NCBI GenBank assembly: GCA_963724485.1
Contig: CAVRUW010000002.1
Span: 65,381-129,380, forward strand
DNA: 64,000 nt
Origin: an uncultured Acidobacteriota bacterium
Lineage (GTDB): Bacteria; Acidobacteriota; Vicinamibacteria; Vicinamibacterales; UBA2999
Reading direction: 5' to 3'
The notes below the pieces were generated by a model. That model did not search any database. It saw nothing but the letters and a program-made list of their open reading frames with translations, and was not told the DNA's origin. Shown here piece after piece: positions 20,631-29,160 of the stretch (positions are counted from its first letter, which is position 1; the number at the start of each line of letters is the position of its first letter). The position numbers and the translations under genes are program-made.

Positions 20631-22352
20631 ATGACGAATGCGTGCGCGACCCCGCTGGCCTCGAGATGCGTGGCCGCAGCCGGACTAGTGCTGCTCGCCG
20701 CCGTGGTCGGCTCGGCCGTCAGCCGCCTGGACGTCAGCGCCCAAGCGGCGGTCGACCCAGCGCTCCTCAAGTTGTTCAAGGAGTGGCGAACCTTCGAGGA
20801 GCCGCCGCGGATCGACGGCGGGGTGCCGGATTACTCGGCCGCGACCAACGCCAGGCGTCTCACCGAGCTCCGCCGCTTGCAGGAACGTCTGCTCGCGATC
20901 GACACCAAGGGCTGGTCAATCCCCCAGCGGGTCGATCACCACCTAGTACGAGCAGAGATGAACGGCCTGGAGTACCACCTGCGGGTGCTGCAACCTTTCG
21001 CGCGCGATCCCGCCTACTACGCGTCGATCATCACGGAGGAAAGCGACACGCCGTCCAAGGAGGGGCCGGTCATCCACGGCGCGATCAAGTTGTACGACTA
21101 TCCGATCTGGCCGCGAACCCGACTAGACAAAGTTCAACCCCTCTCAAAAGTCCAGGCGGACGCCCTGGGTGAGAAGCTGCGCACCATTCCGCCGCTCCTG
21201 CAGACCGCTCGACGCAACCTCGCCGGTGCGAACGCGAAGGACCTTTGGGTGGGCAGCGTCCGCGCGTTCGAGGAGCAGAGCGGCGCGCTGCGCGAGCTTG
21301 GCAACCGAGTGGACGCCGCGGACGCGCCGCTCGCCAGTGCCGTCACCGCCGCACGAACCGCGACGGACGATTTCGCGAAATGGCTGGAGGCCGAAGCGCC
21401 GAAGAAAACGGGGGCGTCCGGCATCGGCAAAGAGCACTACACCTGGTATCTCCGCAACGTCCTGCTCGTGCCGATGTCGTGGGAGGAGGAAGTCACCGTC
21501 ACGCGACGCGAGCTGGCGCGTGCCCATGCCTCGCTGCGTCTCGAGGAGAATCGCAACCGGAATCTCCCGCCGCTCCCCGTGGCAAACACTCGCGAAGAGT
21601 ACGACGCCCTGCAAGAGCGCTCGATCGCCCGATATCTGAAGTGGGTCGCCAGCAGCGGAATGGTGACGATGGAACCGTGGATGGAGCGGGCGTTGCGTGA
21701 GCGTACGGCGGCTTTCGCTCCAGAGAGCGCGCGCAACTTCTTCATGCAGGCCACGCATCGCGACCCCATCCCACTCTGGACTCACCTGTATCACTGGTGG
21801 GACAACATGCGCATTCGCGTCTCACCACACGCGAGTCCCATCCGCAGCGGCCCGCTGCTCTACAACGTGTGGATGAGTCGTTCAGAGGGCATGGCGACGG
21901 CGATGGAAGAGTGGATGATGCACGCTGGTCTCTACGACGAGTCGCCACGCTCGCGCGAAATCGTCTGGATCATGTTGATCACCCGCGCCGCTCGTGGGCT
22001 CGGGAACCTCTACGCGCACTCCAACGATCTGACGATGGCCGAGGCCGGTGACATCCACGTGAACTGGACGCCGCGCGGGTGGATGCGACGCGATCCGTTG
22101 CTGGGTTTCGAGCAGCATCTCTACCTACGGCAGCCCGGGTACGGCGCCAGCTATATCACCGGCGGGAGGCTGATGGAAGAAACGATCGCCGAGCGCGCAC
22201 GACAGCTGGGCGACCGCTTCACCATGCAACTCGTCATGGACGAGATCAACCGCACCGGCATGATCCCGGTGTCGTTGATCTATTGGGAGCTGACCGGCAA
22301 CGACCGCATGCTCCGAGAGCTCGGCGAGGGGAGGCCGTTGCCACCGCGATGA
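20631..22352 (+). CDS. DUF885 family secreted protein
   Basis: Signal peptide; RDPAYY, SEGMAT.MEE and YL.QPGYG.SY..G motifs. Confidence 0.75.
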   Translation: MTNACATPLASRCVAAAGLVLLAAVVGSAVSRLDVSAQAAVDPALLKLFKEWRTFEEPPRIDGGVPDYSAATNARRLTELRRLQERLLAIDTKGWSIPQRVDHHLVRAEMNGLEYHLRVLQPFARDPAYYASIITEESDTPSKEGPVIHGAIKLYDYPIWPRTRLDKVQPLSKVQADALGEKLRTIPPLLQTARRNLAGANAKDLWVGSVRAFEEQSGALRELGNRVDAADAPLASAVTAARTATDDFAKWLEAEAPKKTGASGIGKEHYTWYLRNVLLVPMSWEEEVTVTRRELARAHASLRLEENRNRNLPPLPVANTREEYDALQERSIARYLKWVASSGMVTMEPWMERALRERTAAFAPESARNFFMQATHRDPIPLWTHLYHWWDNMRIRVSPHASPIRSGPLLYNVWMSRSEGMATAMEEWMMHAGLYDESPRSREIVWIMLITRAARGLGNLYAHSNDLTMAEAGDIHVNWTPRGWMRRDPLLGFEQHLYLRQPGYGASYITGGRLMEETIAERARQLGDRFTMQLVMDEINRTGMIPVSLIYWELTGNDRMLRELGEGRPLPPR

Positions 22353-25027
22353 GCCGAATCGAAGGATCGGGGCCACTCGCGCCCGGCACAAGGCTTGGCA
22401 TATATGAAGTGACCGAGCTGATCGGCCGAGGAGGCATGGGTGCGGTCTATCGGGCTCACGACTCGAGGCTCGGCCGCGATGTCGCGATCAAAGTGTTGCC
22501 TGAGTCGTTCCAAGCGAATCCGGAACGCGCCGCCCGCTTCGAGCGCGAAGCGCGTGTCCTAGCCTCCCTGACTCACCCGCACATCGGCGCCATTTACGGG
22601 CTCGAAGAGCTGACCCGCCCGGAGCAAGCACCCGTCAAGGCGCTCGTCCTCGAGTTGATCGGTGGTCCGACATTGGCTGAACGTCTCGCCACGGGCCCGT
22701 TCCCAGCAGCGGAGGCGCTTCGGATCGCACGAGACATCGCCGATGCGCTCGAAGCTGCTCACGAGAAAGGCATCGTCCACCGCGACTTGAAACCCGCCAA
22801 CATCAAGCTCACGCCGGAGGGTCGTGCCAAGGTTCTGGACTTTGGCCTGGCCAAGCTCGTTGGTGGTCAGGACGACGATCACGCCCAATCGCCGCCGACC
22901 GTCACGATGTCCGGGACGCAGGCGGGCATGATTGTCGGGACGCCGGGCTACATGAGCCCCGAGCAGGCACGTGGCCAGGCGATCGACAAGCGCACCGACA
23001 TCTGGTCGTTCGGCACGGTCCTGTACGAGATGCTGACCGGTCGGGCAGCATTTCCAGGGCAGACGCTTTCGGACACGATTGCCGCCGTTCTCAACCACGA
23101 ACCAGACCTGAACGCGTTACCCCAGGCCACGCCGCTAACCGTGCGGATCCTGCTGCAGCGATGCCTCGAGAAAGATCACCGACAGCGCCTGCGCGACGTT
23201 GGTGACGCACGAATCGAGCTCGACGCGCTCATCGCTGGTCGGACCTCGAATCCGAAGAACGACGTGAGCGTGGCGCGGCCGCAGAGCACGTTGCGCCGCG
23301 GCCTGATGTTCGCCGGCGCCCTCGCTGCAGCGGTCGCGCTCACCTTCTGGATCGCAGCATCGTGGCTGCGGGCCCGGCCCGAGCCTCCGGCCGGTGCCGT
23401 GCACATGACCGCGCTGCTCCCGGCGGGAGTCAGCGTCTCGCGCGGACCCGGCACGCTGCTGTCCCTGGCTCTATCGCCCGACGGCGGAACGCTCGTGATC
23501 GCGGGCACCGATTCCACGGGCCAGCGTCTCTATCGGAGGACGCTCGATCGCCCGGAAGCCACCGTCGTCGCGGGCACGGAAGGCGGGTTGGGTCCCTTTT
23601 TCTCACCCGACGGAGCGTGGATCGGGTTCTTTGCGGATCGTCGCCTGAAGCGGGTTCCCGTCGCTGGCGGTGCAGCAGTCGACATCGCTGCCGCGCTCGG
23701 ATACCCATCTGGTGCGAGCTGGGGAATCGACAATCGCATCGTATTCGCCTCCGGATACCGTTCGCCGCTCCGGATCGTTGATGCGAGTGGTGGAAACGCC
23801 GAGATAGTGACAACCCTCGACGCCGGCCTCGGCCATCTCTACCCCGAGTTTTTGCCGGATGGTCGGACGGTACTCTTCAACGAGGGCCGTTGGATTCATG
23901 CTCTCGACCTGGCGAGCCGACGTCGAACCGATCGCCTCGTCGAAGGCATCGCCGCGCGTTACGCGGCCAGCGGACATCTGATTGTGAATCGAGAGACGAC
24001 GCTGCTGGCCGTGCCTTTTGACGCGACTCGTCTGGAGATTACTGGTCAAGCCGTTCCCGTTGTCGAAGATGTTGCGGTCGAGCGAGGCTCGGGTGGTGCA
24101 CCACACGCGGCTGTCTCTCGCGACGGGACGCTGGCGTACGCGCCAGCTGCGCAAGCGTTTGGACTGGTCCTCGTAGGGCCAGATGGCACGGAGCGAATGC
24201 TGTCTGAAGATCCGCTGATTCAGAATCCGCAGTTCTCTCCGAGCGGGAAGCGGTTGGTCGTGGCGCGAACTCGTCGCGCGGGGGAAGCACCTGAGCTCTG
24301 GATGTACGACCTGGAAAGCGCGACGCCACCATTCAGGCTGACATCTCATGGCGGGCGGGCCCCGGTCTGGACACCAGACGGCGCCTCGGTCATCTACTCA
24401 CGGCCGGTGCCAAACGAAAGATCCGGCATCTACACCAAATCCGCAGACGGCCGCGGCGACGAGACGTTGATCGTTCCCTTGGCGAATTTCCATTGGCTCG
24501 TGGGATGGACGCCTCAGCGGACGCTCGCGTACGGAGTGATTGAGGACGTGGCGGCCGACGGAATCAGCCGGTCGTCGATTGTGGCGAGGATCGGCGACGA
24601 ATCGAGGCATCTGGTTGGGCCCGGAGATACGTGGGGTGGACGGCTGTCCCCTGATGACCGCCGGTTGGTTTACTACTCACGCGATTCCGGATATTTCGAG
24701 ATCTACGTCGCTCCGTTCCCTGACACGAGCACGCAGTGGCTGATCGGCGAAGGCACGGATCCCTCGTGGTCGCCGGACGGCACCGAGATCTATTACCGGC
24801 ACGGAAGCCGCTTGATGGCCGCACGGATCGACACGTCCTCCGGCGCGCGAGTGCTCTCGCGACGAACGGTCTTGGAATCGTTCTCGCCGCCCTTATACGA
24901 CGACTATGACGTCCACCCTGATGGACGAACGCTGGTGTTGGTGCGTCCCTTGGGCGACGCACGGGGACGCGAGGTCACAGTGGTGCTCAACTGGCTGGCG
25001 GAGCTTCAGCGCCTGACGCGTCAGTGA
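22349..25027 (+). CDS. Ser/Thr protein kinase with TM helix and PD40/TolB-like propeller
   Basis: ATG overlaps the upstream TGA; GRGGMGAVY, HRDLKPAN, DFG; C-terminal VVLNW..EL. Confidence 0.95.
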   Translation: MSRIEGSGPLAPGTRLGIYEVTELIGRGGMGAVYRAHDSRLGRDVAIKVLPESFQANPERAARFEREARVLASLTHPHIGAIYGLEELTRPEQAPVKALVLELIGGPTLAERLATGPFPAAEALRIARDIADALEAAHEKGIVHRDLKPANIKLTPEGRAKVLDFGLAKLVGGQDDDHAQSPPTVTMSGTQAGMIVGTPGYMSPEQARGQAIDKRTDIWSFGTVLYEMLTGRAAFPGQTLSDTIAAVLNHEPDLNALPQATPLTVRILLQRCLEKDHRQRLRDVGDARIELDALIAGRTSNPKNDVSVARPQSTLRRGLMFAGALAAAVALTFWIAASWLRARPEPPAGAVHMTALLPAGVSVSRGPGTLLSLALSPDGGTLVIAGTDSTGQRLYRRTLDRPEATVVAGTEGGLGPFFSPDGAWIGFFADRRLKRVPVAGGAAVDIAAALGYPSGASWGIDNRIVFASGYRSPLRIVDASGGNAEIVTTLDAGLGHLYPEFLPDGRTVLFNEGRWIHALDLASRRRTDRLVEGIAARYAASGHLIVNRETTLLAVPFDATRLEITGQAVPVVEDVAVERGSGGAPHAAVSRDGTLAYAPAAQAFGLVLVGPDGTERMLSEDPLIQNPQFSPSGKRLVVARTRRAGEAPELWMYDLESATPPFRLTSHGGRAPVWTPDGASVIYSRPVPNERSGIYTKSADGRGDETLIVPLANFHWLVGWTPQRTLAYGVIEDVAADGISRSSIVARIGDESRHLVGPGDTWGGRLSPDDRRLVYYSRDSGYFEIYVAPFPDTSTQWLIGEGTDPSWSPDGTEIYYRHGSRLMAARIDTSSGARVLSRRTVLESFSPPLYDDYDVHPDGRTLVLVRPLGDARGREVTVVLNWLAELQRLTRQ

Positions 25028-25130
25028 GTGGCCAATCATGGAGCGAGGCACCGTCGGGAAGGTAACGAAGCAGTGCACTACCGCTCGACGACGACGCACT
25101 GCCGGTCGTGAAAGTGGCACACTGAGTGCC

Positions 25131-26282
25131 ATGAAGGCGGCCTTCGCCACCATTCTCATCGGTCTCACGTTCGCCGCCGAGGCCCAGTCGCAGCGGCGTT
25201 CGTTTGGTCCGGGCGTCTGCGGCCCTCTCGATCCCGCGTATGTGAACACCTCCTCCGACACGGGCGGGCAACCATTTCCCATGAGCCCGGCGGAGATGGT
25301 GAACATGTCGATCGTCATGGCCGAGTCCACGCGGTCCGACAGCGTCTTGCTGCTCTGGGCCGGTGGCACGCGAGCGGATGACACGACCTTCACGATTCCG
25401 GTTGATCACGCGGTGAGCCGCGTGACGTTCTCGACCACGTTTGACGGCACTGGCGGAGCCGTCACGATTGCCGGACCCGACGGTGCCGTCGTCAAGCCCG
25501 GGCCGGCTGTTCAGGACACGTCCATGAGCTGCGGCCGCATCGTCAGGGTGGATGCGCCAACGGTCGGCGACTGGCGCGTGACCGTAAAGCCAACGGAGCG
25601 CTTCTGGCTCGTGATCCACGGACGAAGCGAGCTGGATCTGATTTCCGTCGACTTCGTGCGGCCCGGTGGGCGTCCGGGTCACGAAGGCCTCTTCAAGATG
25701 GAAGGTCAGCCGGTCGCAGGCCGGCCGGCCATGCTGCGCGTCCGGCTGTCCGACCCGGTTACGGATACCAAGGCGCCGGTCTTTACGCTGTTGTCGAGTC
25801 AAGGCAAGCCGATCAGCACCGTCGACCTCGCGCCCGTTGACGATCGCGAGTTCGTTGGCCCGATCGATCTTCCAACGCAGGCGTTTCGCGTCGCCGTCAC
25901 GAGCCTCGACGGCGCCGGCACCAACGTTCAGCGTGTGCACGCGCGGCTCTTTCGCGCCGAGCTGATCGAAGTCGTGCCTGGCGCCCTTGCCAAGGCCTCT
26001 GCCGGCCGCGACTCTACGGTGGAGTTCGTCGTCCGCAACCTCGGACCACGCGCGCGATTCCGCATGACGGCGCTTGCCGATGGTCAGCTCGTGCCACAGG
26101 TACAGCCGGCACTGGTCGACATCGAGCAGGGTGCCGAGCAGCGCGTGGTCGTCCGTGCGCCGGTCCCTGCGACGGCCGCGACCGATTCGGAAATCGAAAT
26201 CCGGCTCGTCGCTTCGCAAGAGGGGACGAAGGACCCGCATTTCAACAGCGGCGTCCAGCGCGTGTTGGTCGTCAAAGACTGA
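25131..26282 (+). CDS. Secreted beta-rich protein resembling the post-vWA region of VWA7/hemicentin
   Basis: Signal peptide MKAAFATILIGLTFAAEAQ; TGGQ, FTIPVD, P.VGDWRVTV, GRPGHEGLF..EGQPVAG. Confidence 0.65.
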   Translation: MKAAFATILIGLTFAAEAQSQRRSFGPGVCGPLDPAYVNTSSDTGGQPFPMSPAEMVNMSIVMAESTRSDSVLLLWAGGTRADDTTFTIPVDHAVSRVTFSTTFDGTGGAVTIAGPDGAVVKPGPAVQDTSMSCGRIVRVDAPTVGDWRVTVKPTERFWLVIHGRSELDLISVDFVRPGGRPGHEGLFKMEGQPVAGRPAMLRVRLSDPVTDTKAPVFTLLSSQGKPISTVDLAPVDDREFVGPIDLPTQAFRVAVTSLDGAGTNVQRVHARLFRAELIEVVPGALAKASAGRDSTVEFVVRNLGPRARFRMTALADGQLVPQVQPALVDIEQGAEQRVVVRAPVPATAATDSEIEIRLVASQEGTKDPHFNSGVQRVLVVKD

Positions 26283-26292
26283 CGTTCGGCGA

Positions 26293-26634
26293 CTACGGCC
26301 CAGCGAGCTCGTAGGCCGATCTCAACCAACTCGTGAGCTGTCGATCGACCTGTGCCGGATCCTTGAGCCGAATCTGGATGTGCCACCGATTGGCTGACGT
26401 CCGTTCTCGTTTCTCGACTCGCGGGCTGTGCACGTCGGTAGCCGATTTGAGAGTGAGGACCAGCGAGGATCGCCGTGTCGCCACGCCGGCAAATGCGGTG
26501 CGCCGCACCAGATGAATGGAGGTCTTCTTGGCCTCCTCGGTCACCGGGCCCAGCGTCTGCGCTGTCTCGAGAATCCGGCGGTACGTGGCCAGAATCTCGG
26601 GATCGCTTTTCTCGAAGTGTGAGGTCACTTTCAC
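26293..26634 (-). CDS. DUF5655-like protein
   Basis: YRRILE....LGPV.EEAKKTSIHL.RRTAFAG...SANRWH...WLR.AY; start approximate. Confidence 0.75.
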   Translation of the reverse strand: MKVTSHFEKSDPEILATYRRILETAQTLGPVTEEAKKTSIHLVRRTAFAGVATRRSSLVLTLKSATDVHSPRVEKRERTSANRWHIQIRLKDPAQVDRQLTSWLRSAYELAGP

Positions 26635-26780
26635 GACGGCGGCATTGTAGCTGACCGCCCGGCCAGCCAAAAGGACGGCACTCGACCCTGTCTACTGTGT
26701 TGAGGAAGCTGGCACCCAGCACCGCGTGCTAGAAGCGGGTCAAGCCGGCGTGCCAGTCCGGTTGCGCGTGTCAACGTTAT

Positions 26781-26816
26781 GTGCTACCGTTTGGTTTCAC
26801 GTAACCGATGGGTTAC
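26781..26816. promoter_or_regulatory. Probable ArsR/SmtB operator, tandem palindromes
   Basis: Perfect GTAACC-gatg-GGTTAC at 26801-26816, preceded by a degenerate copy GTGcTACC-gttt-GGTTtCAC; upstream of the SRPBCC-ArsR pair. Confidence 0.7.
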
Positions 26817-26832
26817 ACATCAAGGGCGGCGG

Positions 26833-27297
26833 ATGATGGCGCAAGAGAACGTCATGACTGATTCAATCGAGCATGAAGTAGTGATCAAGGCCCCAGTGGC
26901 GGTCGTCTGGGCCCTCGTAACCCAGCCGGAACACGTCGCACAGTGGTATGCGTTCGACGGCGCTGACATCGAGCTGCGCCCGGGTGGGCGCCTTGCCTTT
27001 CGCTGGAAAGAGCACGGCGAGTACCGGGGCCGTGTGGAAAGCGTCGAGCCGCCACGCCGGTTTGCCTTCCGTTTCGTCGGCCATGTCCCTGATCAAGATC
27101 CCGCTCCCGGTAACTCCACGCTCGTCGAGTTCCTGCTGGAAGACCGGGTCGATTCCACGCTCCTGCGCGTGGTCGAGAGCGGATTCGCCGCCTTGACCGA
27201 TCCCCACGAAGGCGACCTCAGCAAGGCTGGCACGAGCCTTCAAGGGTGGCGCGGCGGGTTTGCGGCGCTCGAAAGCTATGCTGGCCAGCAACGCTGA
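26833..27297 (+). CDS. SRPBCC (AHSA1-like) domain protein
   Basis: IEHEVVIKAP...VWALVT.PE..AQW; IELRPGG; VEPPRRFAF; TLLRVVESGF. Confidence 0.9.
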   Translation: MMAQENVMTDSIEHEVVIKAPVAVVWALVTQPEHVAQWYAFDGADIELRPGGRLAFRWKEHGEYRGRVESVEPPRRFAFRFVGHVPDQDPAPGNSTLVEFLLEDRVDSTLLRVVESGFAALTDPHEGDLSKAGTSLQGWRGGFAALESYAGQQR

Positions 27298-27610
27298 GGC
27301 GCGGCGCGAAGCGGTGTTCGGCGCCCTCTCCGATCGGACACGATCGCTCGTCCTGAAGGAGGTGGCTTCGCGCGGCCGTGCGACGGCTACTCAGGTGGCC
27401 GCGGACCTCCCGGTTACGCGCCAGGCGGTGATCAAGCACCTTCGCATTCTCGACCGGGCTGGTCTTGTGACTTCAAGCCGAGATGGCAAGGAGGTCTTGT
27501 ATGAGGTGCAGCTTCAGCAGCTTCGGACCATGGCCCGCTGGCTCGACCAGATTGCAAACCAGTGGGAGCAGCGTCTGGCCCGCCTGAAGGCCATGGCCGA
27601 ACGGCGATAG
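27278..27610 (+). CDS. ArsR/SmtB family transcriptional regulator
   Basis: VFGALSDRTR...TRQAVIKHLRILDRAGLV...W..RL.RLK. Confidence 0.92.
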   Translation: MLASNAEARREAVFGALSDRTRSLVLKEVASRGRATATQVAADLPVTRQAVIKHLRILDRAGLVTSSRDGKEVLYEVQLQQLRTMARWLDQIANQWEQRLARLKAMAERR

Positions 27611-27731
27611 CCGGCCCGTCTTCCGCGGATATGACTTGACCGAACCGCCCGCCAAGGCGCATCTTGTCGGCGCGGGCTGGTCAGGCGGTCGCCAGTGGCG
27701 TCAGCCGGGTGGCCAAACAAGGGGGAACGAC

Positions 27732-28568
27732 ATGGAGATCGATCGTCGAGCATTCATTGCGAGCCTGGGTGGAACGGCGGCCGTGGCACTCATGACCTCC
27801 GAGGAAAAGGCCGATGCGCTCGAGCACTACATGGAGGAACGGCTCGACGAACTAGCGCTGGCGCAGCAGGGCGGCAGCACGCCTCCGAGCTATCCGACGA
27901 TGGCAGAAATCGCGGCGGCCGACGCCAAACGAACTGGCGTGCGACGTGGCGCCGGCAACGTGTTCAACGCGAGCGGCCGCGACGGCCAGCCGCGAGGACC
28001 ACTGCCCGCGATGTCGAATCGTCCAACCATCATCGAGTTCTTCGAGAAGCGGTTTGCGCCGGCCAATCACGTGCTGCAGAGCGCAACACGCGCCCTCAAG
28101 ACCGGCATGCCGGAAGAGATCATTCTCGCCTGTCTGCTCCACGATACGGTGCTGACCATGCTGAAGGTCGACCACGGCTGGTGGGGCGCACAGATGTACG
28201 AGCCGTACCTTTCGGAGCGAGCGACGTTTGCCATTCGCTACCATCAGACGTTGCGCTTCTATCCGGACGATAAGTTCGGGTACGAATACCCGGAGAGCTA
28301 TCTGCGGACGTTTGGCGAGGACTACAAGCCCGAGCCCTATCTCGAACAGACCTACCAGATGGTCCGCAAGCACAAGTGGTATGACGCACCACGTCTGGTC
28401 ACGGTCAACGATCTGTACTCGTTCGATCCCAACGCCAAGGTGTCGATCGAACCGTTCATCGACATCATTGGCCGCCACTTCAAGCAGCCGAAAGAAGGGC
28501 TCGGCTATGACCACAGCCCGTCGGCGCACATGTGGCGCACCATGATGTTCCCGGATCGGCCGCTCTAG
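27732..28568 (+). CDS. HD-domain protein (PhnZ/MIOX-like) with a twin-arginine-like N-terminus
   Basis: SD GGGGAA before ATG 27732; DRRAFI; NHVLQSATRA, ACLLHD, DH...GA, YH, NDLYSFDP. Confidence 0.75.
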   Translation: MEIDRRAFIASLGGTAAVALMTSEEKADALEHYMEERLDELALAQQGGSTPPSYPTMAEIAAADAKRTGVRRGAGNVFNASGRDGQPRGPLPAMSNRPTIIEFFEKRFAPANHVLQSATRALKTGMPEEIILACLLHDTVLTMLKVDHGWWGAQMYEPYLSERATFAIRYHQTLRFYPDDKFGYEYPESYLRTFGEDYKPEPYLEQTYQMVRKHKWYDAPRLVTVNDLYSFDPNAKVSIEPFIDIIGRHFKQPKEGLGYDHSPSAHMWRTMMFPDRPL

Positions 28569-28580
28569 GACGAACGGGGT

Positions 28581-28677
28581 TCAGTTTTCAGTTATCAGTT
28601 GCCAGTTCAAAGGACGGTTCGACACGTTCGAATTGGCTGATGCCATCTTTGAACTGTTAACTGGCAACTGAAAACTA
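28581..28677. repeat. Heptamer-armed inverted repeat element, copy 2
   Basis: cagtttt-cagttat-cagttgc-cagttcaaag ... ctttgaactg-ttaactg-gcaactg-aaaacta. Confidence 0.88.
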
Positions 28678-28694
28678 CCCACGGAGTTGTCATC

Positions 28695-29147
28695 GTGAAT
28701 CGACACCCTGCATTGATGGTCGGGCTGGCCTGCGCGTTGGTTTCGGTCGTGGGCGCTCGTCCCGGCGGTCAAGGCGCTTCCGGTGCATACAAAGGCCTCG
28801 AGGTCGCCGTCGCAAGCGTCGCTCGAGCCACGAATGTCAGCCTGACGGACTGCCCGGCCGGCGCCAACAGCGTGCGTGGCGTCATCCGCCCGGGCGATGC
28901 GAATGAGTTCGTGTCGGTGACGCTCGATTTCAAGGTGTCGGCGGCGTTCAAGCCCGGCGCCGTGCCGAGTCCGGTGCTGCACGACGAGGCCGGCAAGACT
29001 TACAACACGGCGCAGGCTTTCGGCGAGATCAGCGCGGCCCCCCCGTTCTCCTGCACGTTCTCGTTTCGTGTACCAAAGGGGACGAAGCCTGCGCGGTTAG
29101 CGATTGACACGGTGTCGCTCGATCTGAGCAAGGCAGCGCAGAAATAG
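28695..29147 (+). CDS. Hypothetical secreted protein (Ig-like, beta-rich, two mature Cys)
   Basis: GGAG SD before the GTG start; signal-like N-terminus; alternating beta pattern, F.F.VPKG. Confidence 0.7.
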   Translation: MNRHPALMVGLACALVSVVGARPGGQGASGAYKGLEVAVASVARATNVSLTDCPAGANSVRGVIRPGDANEFVSVTLDFKVSAAFKPGAVPSPVLHDEAGKTYNTAQAFGEISAAPPFSCTFSFRVPKGTKPARLAIDTVSLDLSKAAQK

Positions 29148-29160
29148 GGCTTGACGACTG

